Positions 1-11,525 of a stretch of DNA of 64,000 bases are shown here, in pieces (position 1 is the first letter of the stretch; every line of letters begins with the position of its first letter). The position numbers and the translations under genes were made by a program. The stretch spans positions 62,001 through 126,000 of the forward strand of contig CATNEN010000014.1 of assembly GCA_950097015.1 (NCBI GenBank), written 5' to 3'. The notes beneath the pieces are model-generated. The model saw only the letters and a program-made list of their open reading frames with translations. It did not search any database and had not been told where the DNA came from. Source of the stretch: Macrostomum hystrix (lineage: Eukaryota > Animalia > Platyhelminthes).

Positions 1-1534
1 TCGCCGTTTCTGGCCCATTTCGTAGTCCGTGAGCACGCAGAACGACTGAAAGAGCTGCCATCAGCGGCAGACACCGTTCTAAACTCTAAACTCAAACCCT
101 AAACTCTAAACTCTACCTACATGGACGATTGTTTGGACTTGGTTGCGTCGGAAGCTGAGGCTATCCAGCTATTTCAGGAGTTTAATACTCTCTGGGAGCC
201 TGCAGGCATGCATCCACGCGAAGTGGATGTCCAATTCGTTTGAACTGTTGAACAGAGTACCCCCAGCAGATAGGGTAGCCGAAGGGATAACCGTAGCTGG
301 AAGGGACGCCGATGCCATCCATCAAGACATTCGGTGTCGCATGCAGAAGCGACCAAGACGAGTACACCTTTAAGTCCGACCACACCCGGAAAGTAGCGAC
401 AACTAAACGAGAGTTGCTCAAAACTCTAGCATCCGTAGTCGACCCGCTAGGATTTTGCACCAATCACAGTGGAGTCGAAAATCCTGCTGCAAGATCTTTG
501 GTGTAGCGGGCGAGTGGGATGAGGAGCCGGAGCCGGAGTTGTAGGCTAGAATAACGAGATGGTGCGAAGAGCTACGGGAATTGGAACAGATCCGGGTCAA
601 CCGCTGCCTGAAATTGTCATCGGAAACGACATCTGTCGTGCATGTCTTCGTGGAAGCATCGGAAAAAGCGTGCGGTGCTGTCAGTTTCTTCAGATGCGTT
701 GACAACGGGACTGTTAAGTCAGTCAGCCTGGTAGCAGCCAAGTCTCGAGTAGCACCTGTGGCCACTGTCAGCATTCCTCGCCTCGAGCTCAAGGCCGCTG
801 TGCAAGGCCGCTTGGCCGTTAAGATTGCAGCAGTACTGAAGAAAGACATCTGAGAACTTCTATTCTTGTCAGACAGCCTGAACGTTTTGTACTGGGTGAA
901 AGGAAAAGGGCGTTTCTTCAATCCGTTTGTCGCTAACCGCATCGGAGAGATCCAGTCCATCACGGACCCAGACCAGTGGAGATATGTACCGACCGAAGTC
1001 AATCCGGCTAATGCGCTGTACCGAAGAAGTTCAGTGAAGCAGCTGATGGAGACTGAAAGCTGGTGGCATGGACCAAGTTTTTTGCAACTGGAAGAGCGTG
1101 ACTGGCCGGAGAAGGCAGAAGATGTGGAAAAAAAGCGGGCGAGTGTGCGAAGTACGTTCGTCGGCATCCAGTAGGAACCCGCTGCCGCTGTAGGTCGTCT
1201 AGACCCGACAAGATTCTCCAGCTGGATAAGACTAGTCCGGGTCTACGCCAGGGTTGCCCGATTCGCTAACAACTGTCAGCTGTCTCCAGAGGACAGAGTG
1301 CAAGGTGAACTGCTTCCAACTGAGTTTAAAGAAGCTGAGAATCTAATTATCAAGGAAGCTCAGATGGAGGGCTTCAGTGGTAAAATAATATAAGTGCTAA
1401 AGAAATGCAAGCAACTATAGGTCCAAAGTCCGTAGAGCGCGCTTAAGCCTAAATTAGACGAAGATGGCTTGATCAGGGCGGATGGCCGGTTGCAGTTATC
1501 TGAGATTCTGCCGTTTAGTGCACGAGTACCGAGT
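1..1534 (+). mobile_element. BEL/Pao LTR retrotransposon pol, 5' part (RT end, Pao RNase H/peptidase A17 region), degenerate
   Basis: YMDD at about 118-129. VFVEASEKACGAV, LVAAKSRVAP, SIPRLELKAAV, SDSLNVLYWV, FVANRIGEIQ and WRYVPTEVNPA lie in ORFs 581-853 and 866-1174. Stops and frameshifts are present. Confidence 0.9.
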
Positions 1535-2520
1535 CCCGCTGGGACCCAACTCCGACCTTTATCTTTAAACGGTCCGACACAAAGAAACAGAAAATCGGGT
1601 CGATTTATTCCCGATTTTTTAATTCTCAAAACGTCGGTATCGTCGGGTCGATTTTCGTCGGTAGAAAGTAGCAAGAAAAGAAAAAAAACTGTTTAAAATT
1701 CATCATCGTGCGATTTTTAACGGTTTTTGTCCGACAGAAACTAAAAAATCGGCCTGGAAATGTCGACCACTCATCGATTTTGTAAAAAACCTTAACGACA
1801 ACTCCCACTTTAACCCGAAATAACTTGGACTTTCATTTGTGGAGAAATGGGCCGGTGTATACCCCTCCGATTTTCATCGACATTCAACTGTGTCAATCGG
1901 ACCAACTTTTGCACGACCTCCGCACGGAATTTCCAGCCCGACTTTCACCGACATTCATCTGTCGGACCAATATGATGACGACTGTCGCATGGAATTTGAC
2001 AACAGCGAAAGTCATAAGAATGAGCGCGTTAAAAGCCTGCGCGTATTGTGAAAAAAGCAACTAAGTAAAGACCATGGCTACTTAACAGATCCCAGAACAA
2101 AAATTTGACCAAGTGCAGGTCAAATTATTATTATCCCATTAAGAGCGAGAACTGATGAACGTAGAACACAAATTTGTTCACGCGCGAAAAAGTAGATATT
2201 AAAGATATTAAAGCTGTGGGGCAAACAGAACTGAATAGTAAGCAGTAATAGCAAGAATAGAGCAATATAAGTAGAAATCGTAATTCGTAAGGGGTATAGA
2301 ATTGAAATGTACAGAATCGACTCAATAGACAGACACCATTATTCGAGGTGCAAATTTTTCATAATATGTAGATAATTGACAATGTCGCTTGAGTAAAGAG
2401 CAATTTGGAAATATATATGGGCCAATTGTGCTTCAACCATTAAAATAGTCATAGTCCAGTAACTTGTGCACGTCTAATTAAGGTGTAGCCGATCTACCGC
2501 CAGTCATTCGGCGCCACCGC

Positions 2521-3469
2521 CTAGCTCCGATCAGTTATTGGATGGCAAGAATATACATCGTCGGCGTATTCCCTGGCTTCACTAATGGCCACACTGGCTG
2601 CACCAGCGGCACCACTGGCTGCACTAGTTGCGATGCCCGCAGAGCTCCTCTTGTGCTTGCTTGTCTGGGCATTGGAAGTCTTGGTCTTGCGTTTTCGGGC
2701 CTGCGACACGGCATCCACGCAAGCTGCGTAAGCCCGCTGCAGGTCTCTGCGAGCGACTTCCACGCCGTTGTTGCTTAGGTGAACAACGATAGCGTCCAGC
2801 TTATGGGCATCCGCAGGCAGACGCACTGCGTCGCTCGAGCTGCGGCCCGTAAAGATATAATTTTCAAATTCTTCTTTGGAAAAAATCGCTCTAATAAAAG
2901 TGTGTAGCAGCCTTTCAGACAGCTTCGAAGCGATATTCACGTCAGTCGCCGTCTTATACAGTTTAATCAGCTCGCTAATGGAAGATCTGTCGATGGAGCG
3001 CACCTGTAGGAATTTATTATCAGGACAAATTCCGGCTAATATGATTTACTTGCAAGGTCCACTATGAGTCCACTGCAATACATTCATATCAAGTTAGAAA
3101 TACATATAGAGCCGAACGTTCCAACAATTATCTATATAATAATAAGCCCCTGCGTACCAGTGTGTCCGGCTGAGCGGCAGACAGAGGTAAAAGAACTCGG
3201 TCAGTATTACACGACGAGCGAGCGTTATGTCGTATGCTGTCGAGCACTTTCCGTGCCGAGCTGTCTGCTAGAGTGACTTCGTCCAACAACTCAACGTCTT
3301 CGTTGTCAGTCTCGCCAATGTTTTCGTCGGCCGCAGCAGCAATAGCCGCCGAAACAGACAGAAGGGCGCGTCGTTTCAATTGCGCACCATGGACTTTAGC
3401 GTCTGTAATTTCGACTTCCAGCATAGATCGAACGTTTTCCGACGGCCTGGAGCAAGTCAATGCTTTCAT
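2521..3469 (-). CDS. Two-exon BEN-domain protein (~264 aa) inside the TIR element
   Basis: Exon 1 is 3469-3158 (ATG to CTG|gtacgc); the intron is 3157-3004 (ends ttcctacag); exon 2 is 3003-2521; phase 0 and no stops. LSERLLHTFIRAIFSKEEFENYIFTGRSSSDAVRLPADAHKLDAIVVHL fits the BEN pattern (LL..lFs.eE....s.tG......LD..kl..I), followed by a basic RKRKTK tract. Confidence 0.7.
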
Positions 3470-3489
3470 CGCAATTTATTTGAGAATCT

Positions 3490-3716
3490 TGAAAATCGTG
3501 TCAAATTCTGAGAATAAACGACGCGACAACGGACAGACATTCAATCGACTTTCGTTAGACAGGGTAACGATGAAAATCGTGTCAAATTCTGAGAATGAAC
3601 AACGCGACAACGGACAGAAATTCAGTCGTCTTTCGTTAGGCAGGTTAACGATGAAAATCGTGTCAACTTTTGAGAATAAACGACGCGACAACGGACAGAC
3701 ATTCAGTCGACTTTCA
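3490..3716. repeat. 81-bp tandem repeat, ~2.8 copies (subterminal repeat of the TIR element)
   Basis: tgaaaatcgtgtcaa recurs at 3490, 3571 and 3652. Confidence 0.9.
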
Positions 3717-3844
3717 GGTACCAAGCAGTCTGGCGAAATTCGTGTTAAAATGGTTGAAATTCGGTTCGAAACTGCAAGTCTAATGAAATTCGTCTATAAA
3801 ATGAACCAACAACCTTAAAAATGTCGGACTTGGGTCCCAGCGGG

Positions 3845-4852
3845 CTATCTTACCGCGGCAACATCCGGTGACAAGGCCGATCGTCAAGTTCTATCATGAG
3901 CGGGCTCATCATTCAGGCACAAATCAAACGCTGGCGAGTCTTTCGAGTCGGTTCTGGTTCACCAGAGCCCGCGAATCAGAGAATCGGAAAGCTCGTGTTT
4001 TAAGTGCAAACGTAGAAAGGCGACTCAGGTGATGGCACCGCTGCCAGAGAGCCGCTTCAAAGAACCGCTCAAGGCAATTGCCCGCGTGTCCGTGGATTTT
4101 GGCGGACCATTCTTGACCAAGCAAAGGCACGCAGAAGCACTATCTGGCACTTTTTCTATGCACCAATTTTGTCGGCGCTGAGCGCGAGCTCCGAGAGTTA
4201 GTTAACTCCATCGACCAGAGCGAGCTTCAGCGGAGCACAGCTCATGAGCAGGTGCAATGGCATTTTAACCCACCAGCAGCGCCGCACTTTAGAGGAGTCC
4301 ACGAGAGCATGATCAAGCCAGCAAAAAAGGCGATTCAGGCGATTCTAAAGAATGCGGAGGTCAGCGAGTGGCAAAAGTGCAGCTGGCTGGCAATTTGTTC
4401 GTAAGACAAATTTCGAGGCTGTGTCCGCTAGTCACGAAGGGAGGATTGTAGTCGGACTAGTAGGGTGGGTGAAGGAAGTTAACTGAGTTTCTGAGTGTTG
4501 GACATCAATTATGTTACACGCGTAGCTTTGCGTTGATTTGCTCTAATTATAAAGTTTTGGCGGTGCAAATTTCTTATAGTTAGCATGTGCTTATATTTTT
4601 ACATCCATGCGCACAAGATGGTCAGTTGCAATTTGAGTAGTGTGTTTTCTTCGTACGCTGCGCTTTTGGTGAGTCTGTATGCTCGATTGATTCGTTATTA
4701 TTTCGTGCTCCATCACTCCAATTATATTAACCATTGATTTCTAACTCGATGAATTGAAAGTCGTGCTTGTTTACGCGGTTTAGTTTCTTAGTTTCTTGTA
4801 ATAAAAATGTAATATTCGACGTTGCTTATGCAGTTTTCGACTAGTTTTGCAT
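3845..4852 (+). mobile_element. BEL/Pao element, 3' part (integrase remnant and probable 3' LTR)
   Basis: [12 protein letters not shown] (zinc-binding region), VDFGGPF, WHFNPPAAPHFRGVHESMIK and C-terminal RQISRLCPL. A purine run gaagggagga precedes tgtagt at 4447, with aataaa near 4800. LTR end approximate. Confidence 0.75.
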
Positions 4853-6399
4853 TATGTTAAACCTAAAAGTATAATTTTTTTACCCAAAATACTAAAACTA
4901 CTTCGAGCACTGTATATATATAGAAAGTAAAGCATGTAAAGCATGCACGTTTCAGCCGATTCTCTGATGTGTCGGACACTAATGTTTTTGTATGACAAAT
5001 GAAACACTTTATTCGAGCGTAAGCCGATACAAGTGTTGAGGGATGGTAAATGGTTCGGGGCGAGCACTTAGCGAGGATAATGAGAGTTAGGGCCATAGAT
5101 AAGTAGATAGAGCTGCATAAGTGGAAAACGATCAACAGTTAGTAGGGCATTTCCCAAATCGTCAACAGTCAATTTTTTAGTGAATACCGAGAATATCGTG
5201 CTTCTATTTTAGGGCCTATGGATATGGTCTAAAAGCAGCCAGGCATGCGCTGTGATGGCTGCTATATTTGCGCTGCGTTTCCTGCCAGGGTTTTTATGTA
5301 ATTACTTCAATTATACAGGCTGAAGTGTACAGGCTGAGCGCTTTTGCTATGGCGCTAAAGTTCGAGAGAAAACTGCAACAATGCAAATATATATATTCGC
5401 ACTGGAAACTAATATTAGGGCATACGTATATGCCAAAATATTGCGGATGGTGACAGTTAGACCATTAGAAGTAGAAGGACCCAAAACTTTGCGGAAAAAG
5501 TTGGTCTAGCTCAATATATGTTAAAATAATTTTACTCTTAAGTTTATAGACCTTGAAAATTATTTTCTTCCTAAAGACCAAAGACGCCGTATAAGTCATC
5601 TTACATACATTCACTCTTAACATTAAAACGTCGCTACCCTTTGCGCCAGCAAGAAACTTCTCTCGGATCTCCCTTGCAAGGGAAATATCATGTTCCACCC
5701 TCCTAGACCACTGAGCTACAGCAAAAGTACAACACTACAAACTGGCAGAAGTGTAGAACTTGTCCAACAAATTCAGGCAATGGAGACAATCGAAGACTCA
5801 TCTATACAGGAACCATCGAAAAATAGTATTTATGATAATTATAAAAACAATTAAGAATTTATGAAAAACAGTTAGCTTTAAACCTAAAAAATCTGTAGTC
5901 CAAAAAATTTCTGAAAAGGACATCCTCAATTACCAAAAGCTTACAGGCGAATAAGCTTTATACATGGCACGCATATTATCCTCGGTTATTTGTGTAAAAC
6001 TGAAGACACATTAGAAGTTTTAAGCTATTATACCAAAAAAATAAACAGGAAATGTGTTCAAAACTCTGGTCACATAGCGACTTTGACACAAGTTCCGAAT
6101 AAATTGCTTAGAAAGAAACCCCTTCATATGGTTTTATTTGACTTAATCGCTTTTGATATCTTACACATCCACCCTGTTCAATAAACTCAAAGAACTTAGT
6201 TTTCCATCAGATTACATTTTGTCATAAATTCAAGCAACGCATACAATTTTGGACAGCCATCATAGAAAGTATTGTACTGGATGCCTAAGATTTGCCATTA
6301 TATCCCGGAATTTGTGACCAGGCGATGAAAATCTTAAGCTGGAGGGAGCCGCTAACTTCGGAGAACGAAGTGTTCTTCACGCGCTAGTCAGCGCCCTGG

Positions 6400-7190
6400 A
6401 AAATGCTGTTCAAGGGATCGGCCCTCAGCGTCTTCCTGGACATTGATGAGGCCTTTCAAAACATCATCTTCGAAGCTTTCCTTGGGCAGCTGCGCAGGGC
6501 AGTGGGCAATAGCTGGGTCTCACCCCCAGCGTCTACACTGCCATGGTATGATGGTCAGACCGGCTGTCTCGTACGCCGGACTGATCTGGGCATTCTGGTT
6601 TTCCTGCTGACTCCCGACCCACCGGCCCCAATCACCAATAGCGCTATTAATTGCCAGATTACCAACTGGGCCACTAACTTCCATCACACCTGATGGAGGG
6701 ACACCACGAACTGCCGCCAAAAGTGGCAGTCCCAGCTCCAGAAGGCCCTTCTGAACAAAGCACGGAAGGACATCCGGGCCCTCACAGGCCATGGCTGCTA
6801 CGCCAGGCAGTGCTTCCTCTGGAGAAACCTTTGGAACGAGCTGTGCACATATTGTATGCTTAAGAACTAGGATGCCCTGCACTTCGTCTGTCAATACATT
6901 TTCTTTAATCGGGAGAGGCTCAATAATCTTGGACCGAAGCGATTGATGGATGACGTTTGCAGATCCCACAACATCCCCCGGCTTCTCCGGTTCCTCAGGG
7001 CTACCAGACAAACATCTTTCTTCCCTAACTCGGAATGCGCTGTAGAAGGACTGGCCACGGACCTCCTTGACTGGCCTCGCACCATCGGCAAAAGCGGGCT
7101 TTTCAGAGATTAGCGGGATAGGCGACTGCCACCTCCCCACTGGGTATTCGGACCGCCCTGCAGCTAAGTTAAGCACTCGTAAGTCAAGCC
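6400..7190 (+). mobile_element. Internally deleted LOA/R1-like LINE fragment (RT to 3' end)
   Basis: ALSVFLDIDEAF RT motif, similarity to the 3' regions of the copies at 20780-26585 and 45462-50071, and a terminal ccctgcagctaagttaag...taagtcaag. Confidence 0.7.
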
Positions 7191-7495
7191 CCGTATCTCC
7201 TCATACCCAGCTATTCATATGGCTCTGACGGCTGCTTGTATTAATGTAATGTATAAAGCTAATGTACGAGTTATTATTTGTCGTAAAGTTAGTATTTATG
7301 CTTCCAAGCTGTTATTTAATTCAGGGGGATTCAGTTTTTTCTAGAATATAAATTACAAGCATATATATAACGTTCTCTTTTTGCATAACTGATTTGGCGT
7401 ATTATTTAGTGGAAATTAGCTGCTTTTTTCATTAAACGGGACAAAAGTTAAGTTTACTTTTGTGTAAAATATATATTACAACGAATTCAGCTTAC

Positions 7496-7912
7496 CTGGC
7501 ATGCGTTAAACATAACTTGATGTTCGTACTTTCGCACATTCAGCACAGCTTGAAATAAGTCGTACAGATGCTCTTTAGTCAAGAGCTTTTCACTCTGACA
7601 TGCCGTCATGCGCTGCGCTGTTTGAATATCTTCATTTCCCCGAAAGATCTGATCGAATTTGGCCATCCACGAGCTAAGCATCGTCTCTTTGCTCAAACCG
7701 TCCATCTCTGGTAAGAAACGAACACGCTTCTCGATTTTGTTTTGAAACACGTCGCGCAAGTCGTGCACTGAGCAGCCACCCGAGCGAACAAGTGCAGCCA
7801 CCCGCTCGGACTTCAGGAAGACCTCGTAGTAGCTGTACACAGCGTTTTTGAAAGCTTCGTCAGCTAGAATGCCACTTCCACCAGATAAGAAGGTCTCAAA
7901 GCGATCACGTAT
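7496..7912 (-). CDS. CADPS: CAPS / UNC-31 (calcium-dependent secretion activator), coding exon 2
   Basis: [48 protein letters not shown]...[28 protein letters not shown]...[12 protein letters not shown] matches the recalled CAPS N-terminal region. ag acceptor at 7914-7913, gtaag donor after 7496, 417 nt, phase 0. Confidence 0.92.
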
Positions 7913-8457
7913 CTAACGATGAGGTGTTTTAAATAGTTATTATAAAAATCATAGCTAATATGGTATTTGCATATCAACGCAGTCAAGACGATTTCTCGGA
8001 TGAGTTTTTGGAATGACTTTTCAGGAATGACTAACCCAAACCCCACTTGCGCACTAGGCTCACAGTCTCAATTAACGGATGGTACGCCTAGAACGCCACA
8101 GCTTATCAAAATCGTCACCACTGTCTATGAGCACTGTCAACAAACGGCTAATTACATAAACTACTCGTAATATGATCACAGACGGGACAATTTTGATGTT
8201 TTTTTCAGTGAGGCACCACATTTTTTATCGATCAATGGGCCCTTATGCGCATCCCTATCCTGACACTGCCTATGGCAAAAGTCTATCGCTCTTGCTTTTG
8301 TTTTATTGTATTCTGTTTTCAACAACTGGACTTTACCGATTTTTTATCCAGAAGCCTAAGACCATACGAGTGTAAAGAAATATTTCTTTCGTATCTTTAT
8401 GTTACCTTATTACTGTTTTCCTATCCCGATCAATTTAATTACTTCGAGAAAAGTAAC

Positions 8458-9340
8458 ATGGCAAGCAGCTTTTATTAGGATTCCATTGCCATTCTTGACG
8501 ACTCGACAGTTTTGAACAGCGATGACAGCCTCAGCGAGTACGAAAGCATAGATGGCGAGATGAATGAAGAAGATGCTAAGAGTGACGGGGAAAGCTTTTA
8601 AGTGAAAGAAATTTTAAATGAAAATGGATGGACTTTCGTTCAAGAGGGTGAAGAATCGCGTATTCGGGATACTCCAGTATTCCTGGGAGTTCCAGGTCCG
8701 AACCCTGACCCAAGTGCCAGATATTATGATGTCTCCGGTGGAGCTCCGCTTGCAACACTTTATAACCACTGATCTGGTGTCTGCAATTCGAGATTGGACC
8801 AATCCTCGAGCCGATTTTGAGCTGCAAAACTTTACGAGTGAGGCTGAGGGAGCTCTTCCTCCTTTTCTGTCATCTTGGAGGCCGTGCACCAACGAAGAAG
8901 TGAAGAAATGTCTATCGATCATCCTGTACATGGGTCTTCTGAAGAAGCCCGAATGCACATGTATTCGTCAAATGGTAATTTATACGGCAGCGAGTATTTT
9001 AAAAAAGAGCACTGCCTTGGAAGGGATCGGTTTATTCAGCTTATGTCCTTCCTTCGATTTTACGACTGCACCGCAGTAAATCATCGGGACTCCTTGAAGA
9101 AGATAGGGTCGTTTTTAGACCAATCGCGTGACATTTTCCAAGGCAATTACTGCCCGAATTTGAGTAGTTGGGAATGTACCAAGGAATACTCCTTTTCCGA
9201 CAGTTCATACTCAACAAGCGCGCCAAATTCGGCATAAAGGTTTACTGTCTCACAGAGGCTTCAACCGGATTTCTTTAGAACTTTTTTGTGCATGCTGTCA
9301 AGCAGCACAACGAAAGGTTTGGAGATTTTTATCCGGAATT
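8458..9340 (+). pseudogene. Decayed piggyBac transposase (DDE_Tnp_1_7 / PGBD-like)
   Basis: Acidic N-terminus, EVKKCLSIILYMGL, GRDRFIQLMSFLRF and NKRAKFGIKVYCLTEASTGF, spread over several frames with stops. Confidence 0.8.
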
Positions 9341-9399
9341 TATCTTCTAGTGAGAAGATTGCTGTTGAGCTCAGCAAGGACTTGCAGGACGTTTCCAGG

Positions 9400-9655
9400 G
9401 CTGGTCGGCGGACGACTTTCGGTCCGTGTAGGCCGCCAATGCAGACTTCTGCCGTCGGATTCTGGACGCGGCGAGGGGTGCATCCCCCAGGGAAGAGTCA
9501 AGAAGGCCAAGAGCTGGTGGGACGAGCGCTGCAGACGGGCCCATGGCGCCACTCGCGGCGTCTTAGCGGCAGCCAGAGCCGCGCCAGGTGACTTGGAAGC
9601 CGCGGCGAGATACCGCGCTGCCCGCGACCAAGCCGACCGGGTGTACCAGCAGGCA
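9400..9655 (+). mobile_element. ~255-bp fragment of the I-group (Ingi-like) LINE family
   Basis: Near-identical to 34400-34652 (GRVKKAKSWWDERCRRA...DQADRVYQQA). Confidence 0.9.
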
Positions 9656-9779
9656 GCCCCTGGAGGCCTCAAACTAAGCCCCTTTTTCCTCCCGATCTTA
9701 TCATCGCTGTTCGACCATCCATCCCGACTGCGATTTCATGCCGCACTCCAAGCTGCTGCATCTAGAGGACCGCCGGGCC

Positions 9780-10830
9780 GGCCTGGGCTATCGAGTCAGA
9801 CGCGTTTAACTGGGGAGGCTGCTGCATCACCCGAGGCCATCTACGACTGGCAGCGAAAATATCGGGTGCTCCAGTCTCTGCGCATCAGCTTTTAGCACAG
9901 CCTCGCGCCCGCGGTCACCACTCTGCACTTCCCACAACAGCGGCAACCTGGCAGCTACCCAAGGAACTTGTTAGACAGCACGGCCGCTGTTGGCGCCATG
10001 AACAAGGGTGCCTTGCTGAACCCGATTGTCAGCACAATTAAGGTAAAGAAAACTACTAAGTCCAATCTGGAGCTAATCGCCTGGCCCGCGCTAGAACGAT
10101 GCCAAAAGCCGCGCCGACGCATTCCTGCTCGCCCAACTCCGCACGGGTCACTCGGTGCGGATTGCCTATTCTCCGCTCCTACCGCAACCGACTCAGGCTC
10201 AAACCTCCACAGGCGGCAACTGAGCACTGCTCAATTGCCAGTCCTACGCCACCGCCGGGGCCGACACCTAGGCGACTACCCGACTTCGGCCATCTTTTCT
10301 ACTAATGGCCCGCGAGTACTGAGCTTCCCGCACGTGATCATTGTTGAGACCAGTGACGCCTCAGGCCGGAAGTACTATTCCACCACCACTGCAAATGCCT
10401 AAGAACGTAGCCTTTCCGGCGGCATTCCTGGTCGAATTCGGAGGCCTGCTACTCAGCGCAAACCGATTCTGCCCATCCTTAATGCTCTCACCGGAAGAGG
10501 CTATTATCTTTGAAGACCTACGGCTTGGTCTGGCAATTCTCAAGTCCGCCAGTCCAAGACAAATTAGTCCTGTGAGCGACACAAGTAGCCCTGCAACGCA
10601 TTCAGCGTGCGCGCAGCCCAGTTTTTGTATTGAGACACCACCTGCACATCAATTAGCTTGTCCCCGCTACAGCTCGCATCTCTTTGACATGCGCCATGGT
10701 TTGGCCTGGTGCCAATGACTGCCACCCGGTTTTTTTCGTTGTGGGGTTAACCTGCCTGGGAAGGTCTCTCGCTTGCACCGCACAGCCTCCGTCGCGGAGT
10801 CTCTTGAATTCGGGCGCCTTTCGCGAGCCC
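9780..10830 (+). mobile_element. Possible DIRS/Ngaro-type tyrosine-recombinase retroelement remnant
   Basis: IESDAFNWGG, DSTAAVGAMNKG and ADCL resemble DIRS-type RNase H motifs; HSLRRG at 10781-10798 resembles YR box II. Heavily decayed. Confidence 0.35.
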
Positions 10831-11525
10831 TGGTAGTAGAAAAATATTCGCTTTTCGCGAAACTATTGTTTTTGTGTTCTGCACCTCCTACTCCCTCCTT
10901 TTGGATTTCGGGCCATGGACAGTGCCCTCTCCGTGCTCGCCTTTTTCTTGGACGCGCTTGCTGTGACTGTCTTCGTGCTTAGCAGTGAGGTGTTTAGTAT
11001 GAATTAGCGCAAGAGCATGTGATAGACGAGACAGTTAAAATGCGTAAAGTGCAGCTGTAGCTTATAGCCCAGAACTGAATTTGTGCAGAGCACTATCCAA
11101 GCAAACACATTTTCCCAAAGCTCTTCGACTCTCTACATAGATTTGCAAGCCTGGGACTGTGACAGCTGCGACCTGACTTAGTCATAACATTGAATACAAA
11201 AAAACAGAATATCGACTTCAAACAAGAATAATTTTTGTTTAGTTTATATAAAAAGAACTGGGAAAGGGAAAATTACCTTTGAGATCAATATTACCTTTGT
11301 GCCTTTTAGATCTAATGTTCATTTTAAATGTCAGTTTCAAGTTCAAATATTTTTGTTTTTTATTAAAAAACTGTTAAATATTTTGCTTCATTTTATAGCA
11401 CACTTTAGCTTCTGTTACTTTTAGCGCCTATTTTATTTCAAATTATCTCGGTACTCGTTTATAACGCAGAAAAACTAATAAATTAAACTAAAATCAGTGT
11501 GCACGTAGTATAAATAATAATTATA

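Larger units (their letters stand above)
1535..3844 (-). mobile_element. Non-autonomous TIR DNA transposon (CACTA/EnSpm-like, CCC termini) inserted in the BEL element
   Basis: 22-bp TIRs with 1 mismatch: cccgctgggacccaactccgac at 1535 and gtcggacttgggtcccagcggg ending at 3844. Removing the element plus a 2-bp duplication (gt/ct) restores the BEL frame ARVP-S/T-ILPRQHPVTR. Subterminal repeats on both sides. Confidence 0.8.

Noticed and set aside
81-116. Telomere-like (aaactct/aaaccct) repeats
   Set aside because: Only about 5 units, sitting inside the BEL RT just before TYMDD; best explained as slippage of an internal heptamer.
5465-5730. ORF 5465-5698 as CAPS exon 3, or tagctcagtggt as a tRNA
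   Set aside because: The phase-0 translation does not resemble the expected LDNxDEQAAQIRREL; there is no B box or cloverleaf.
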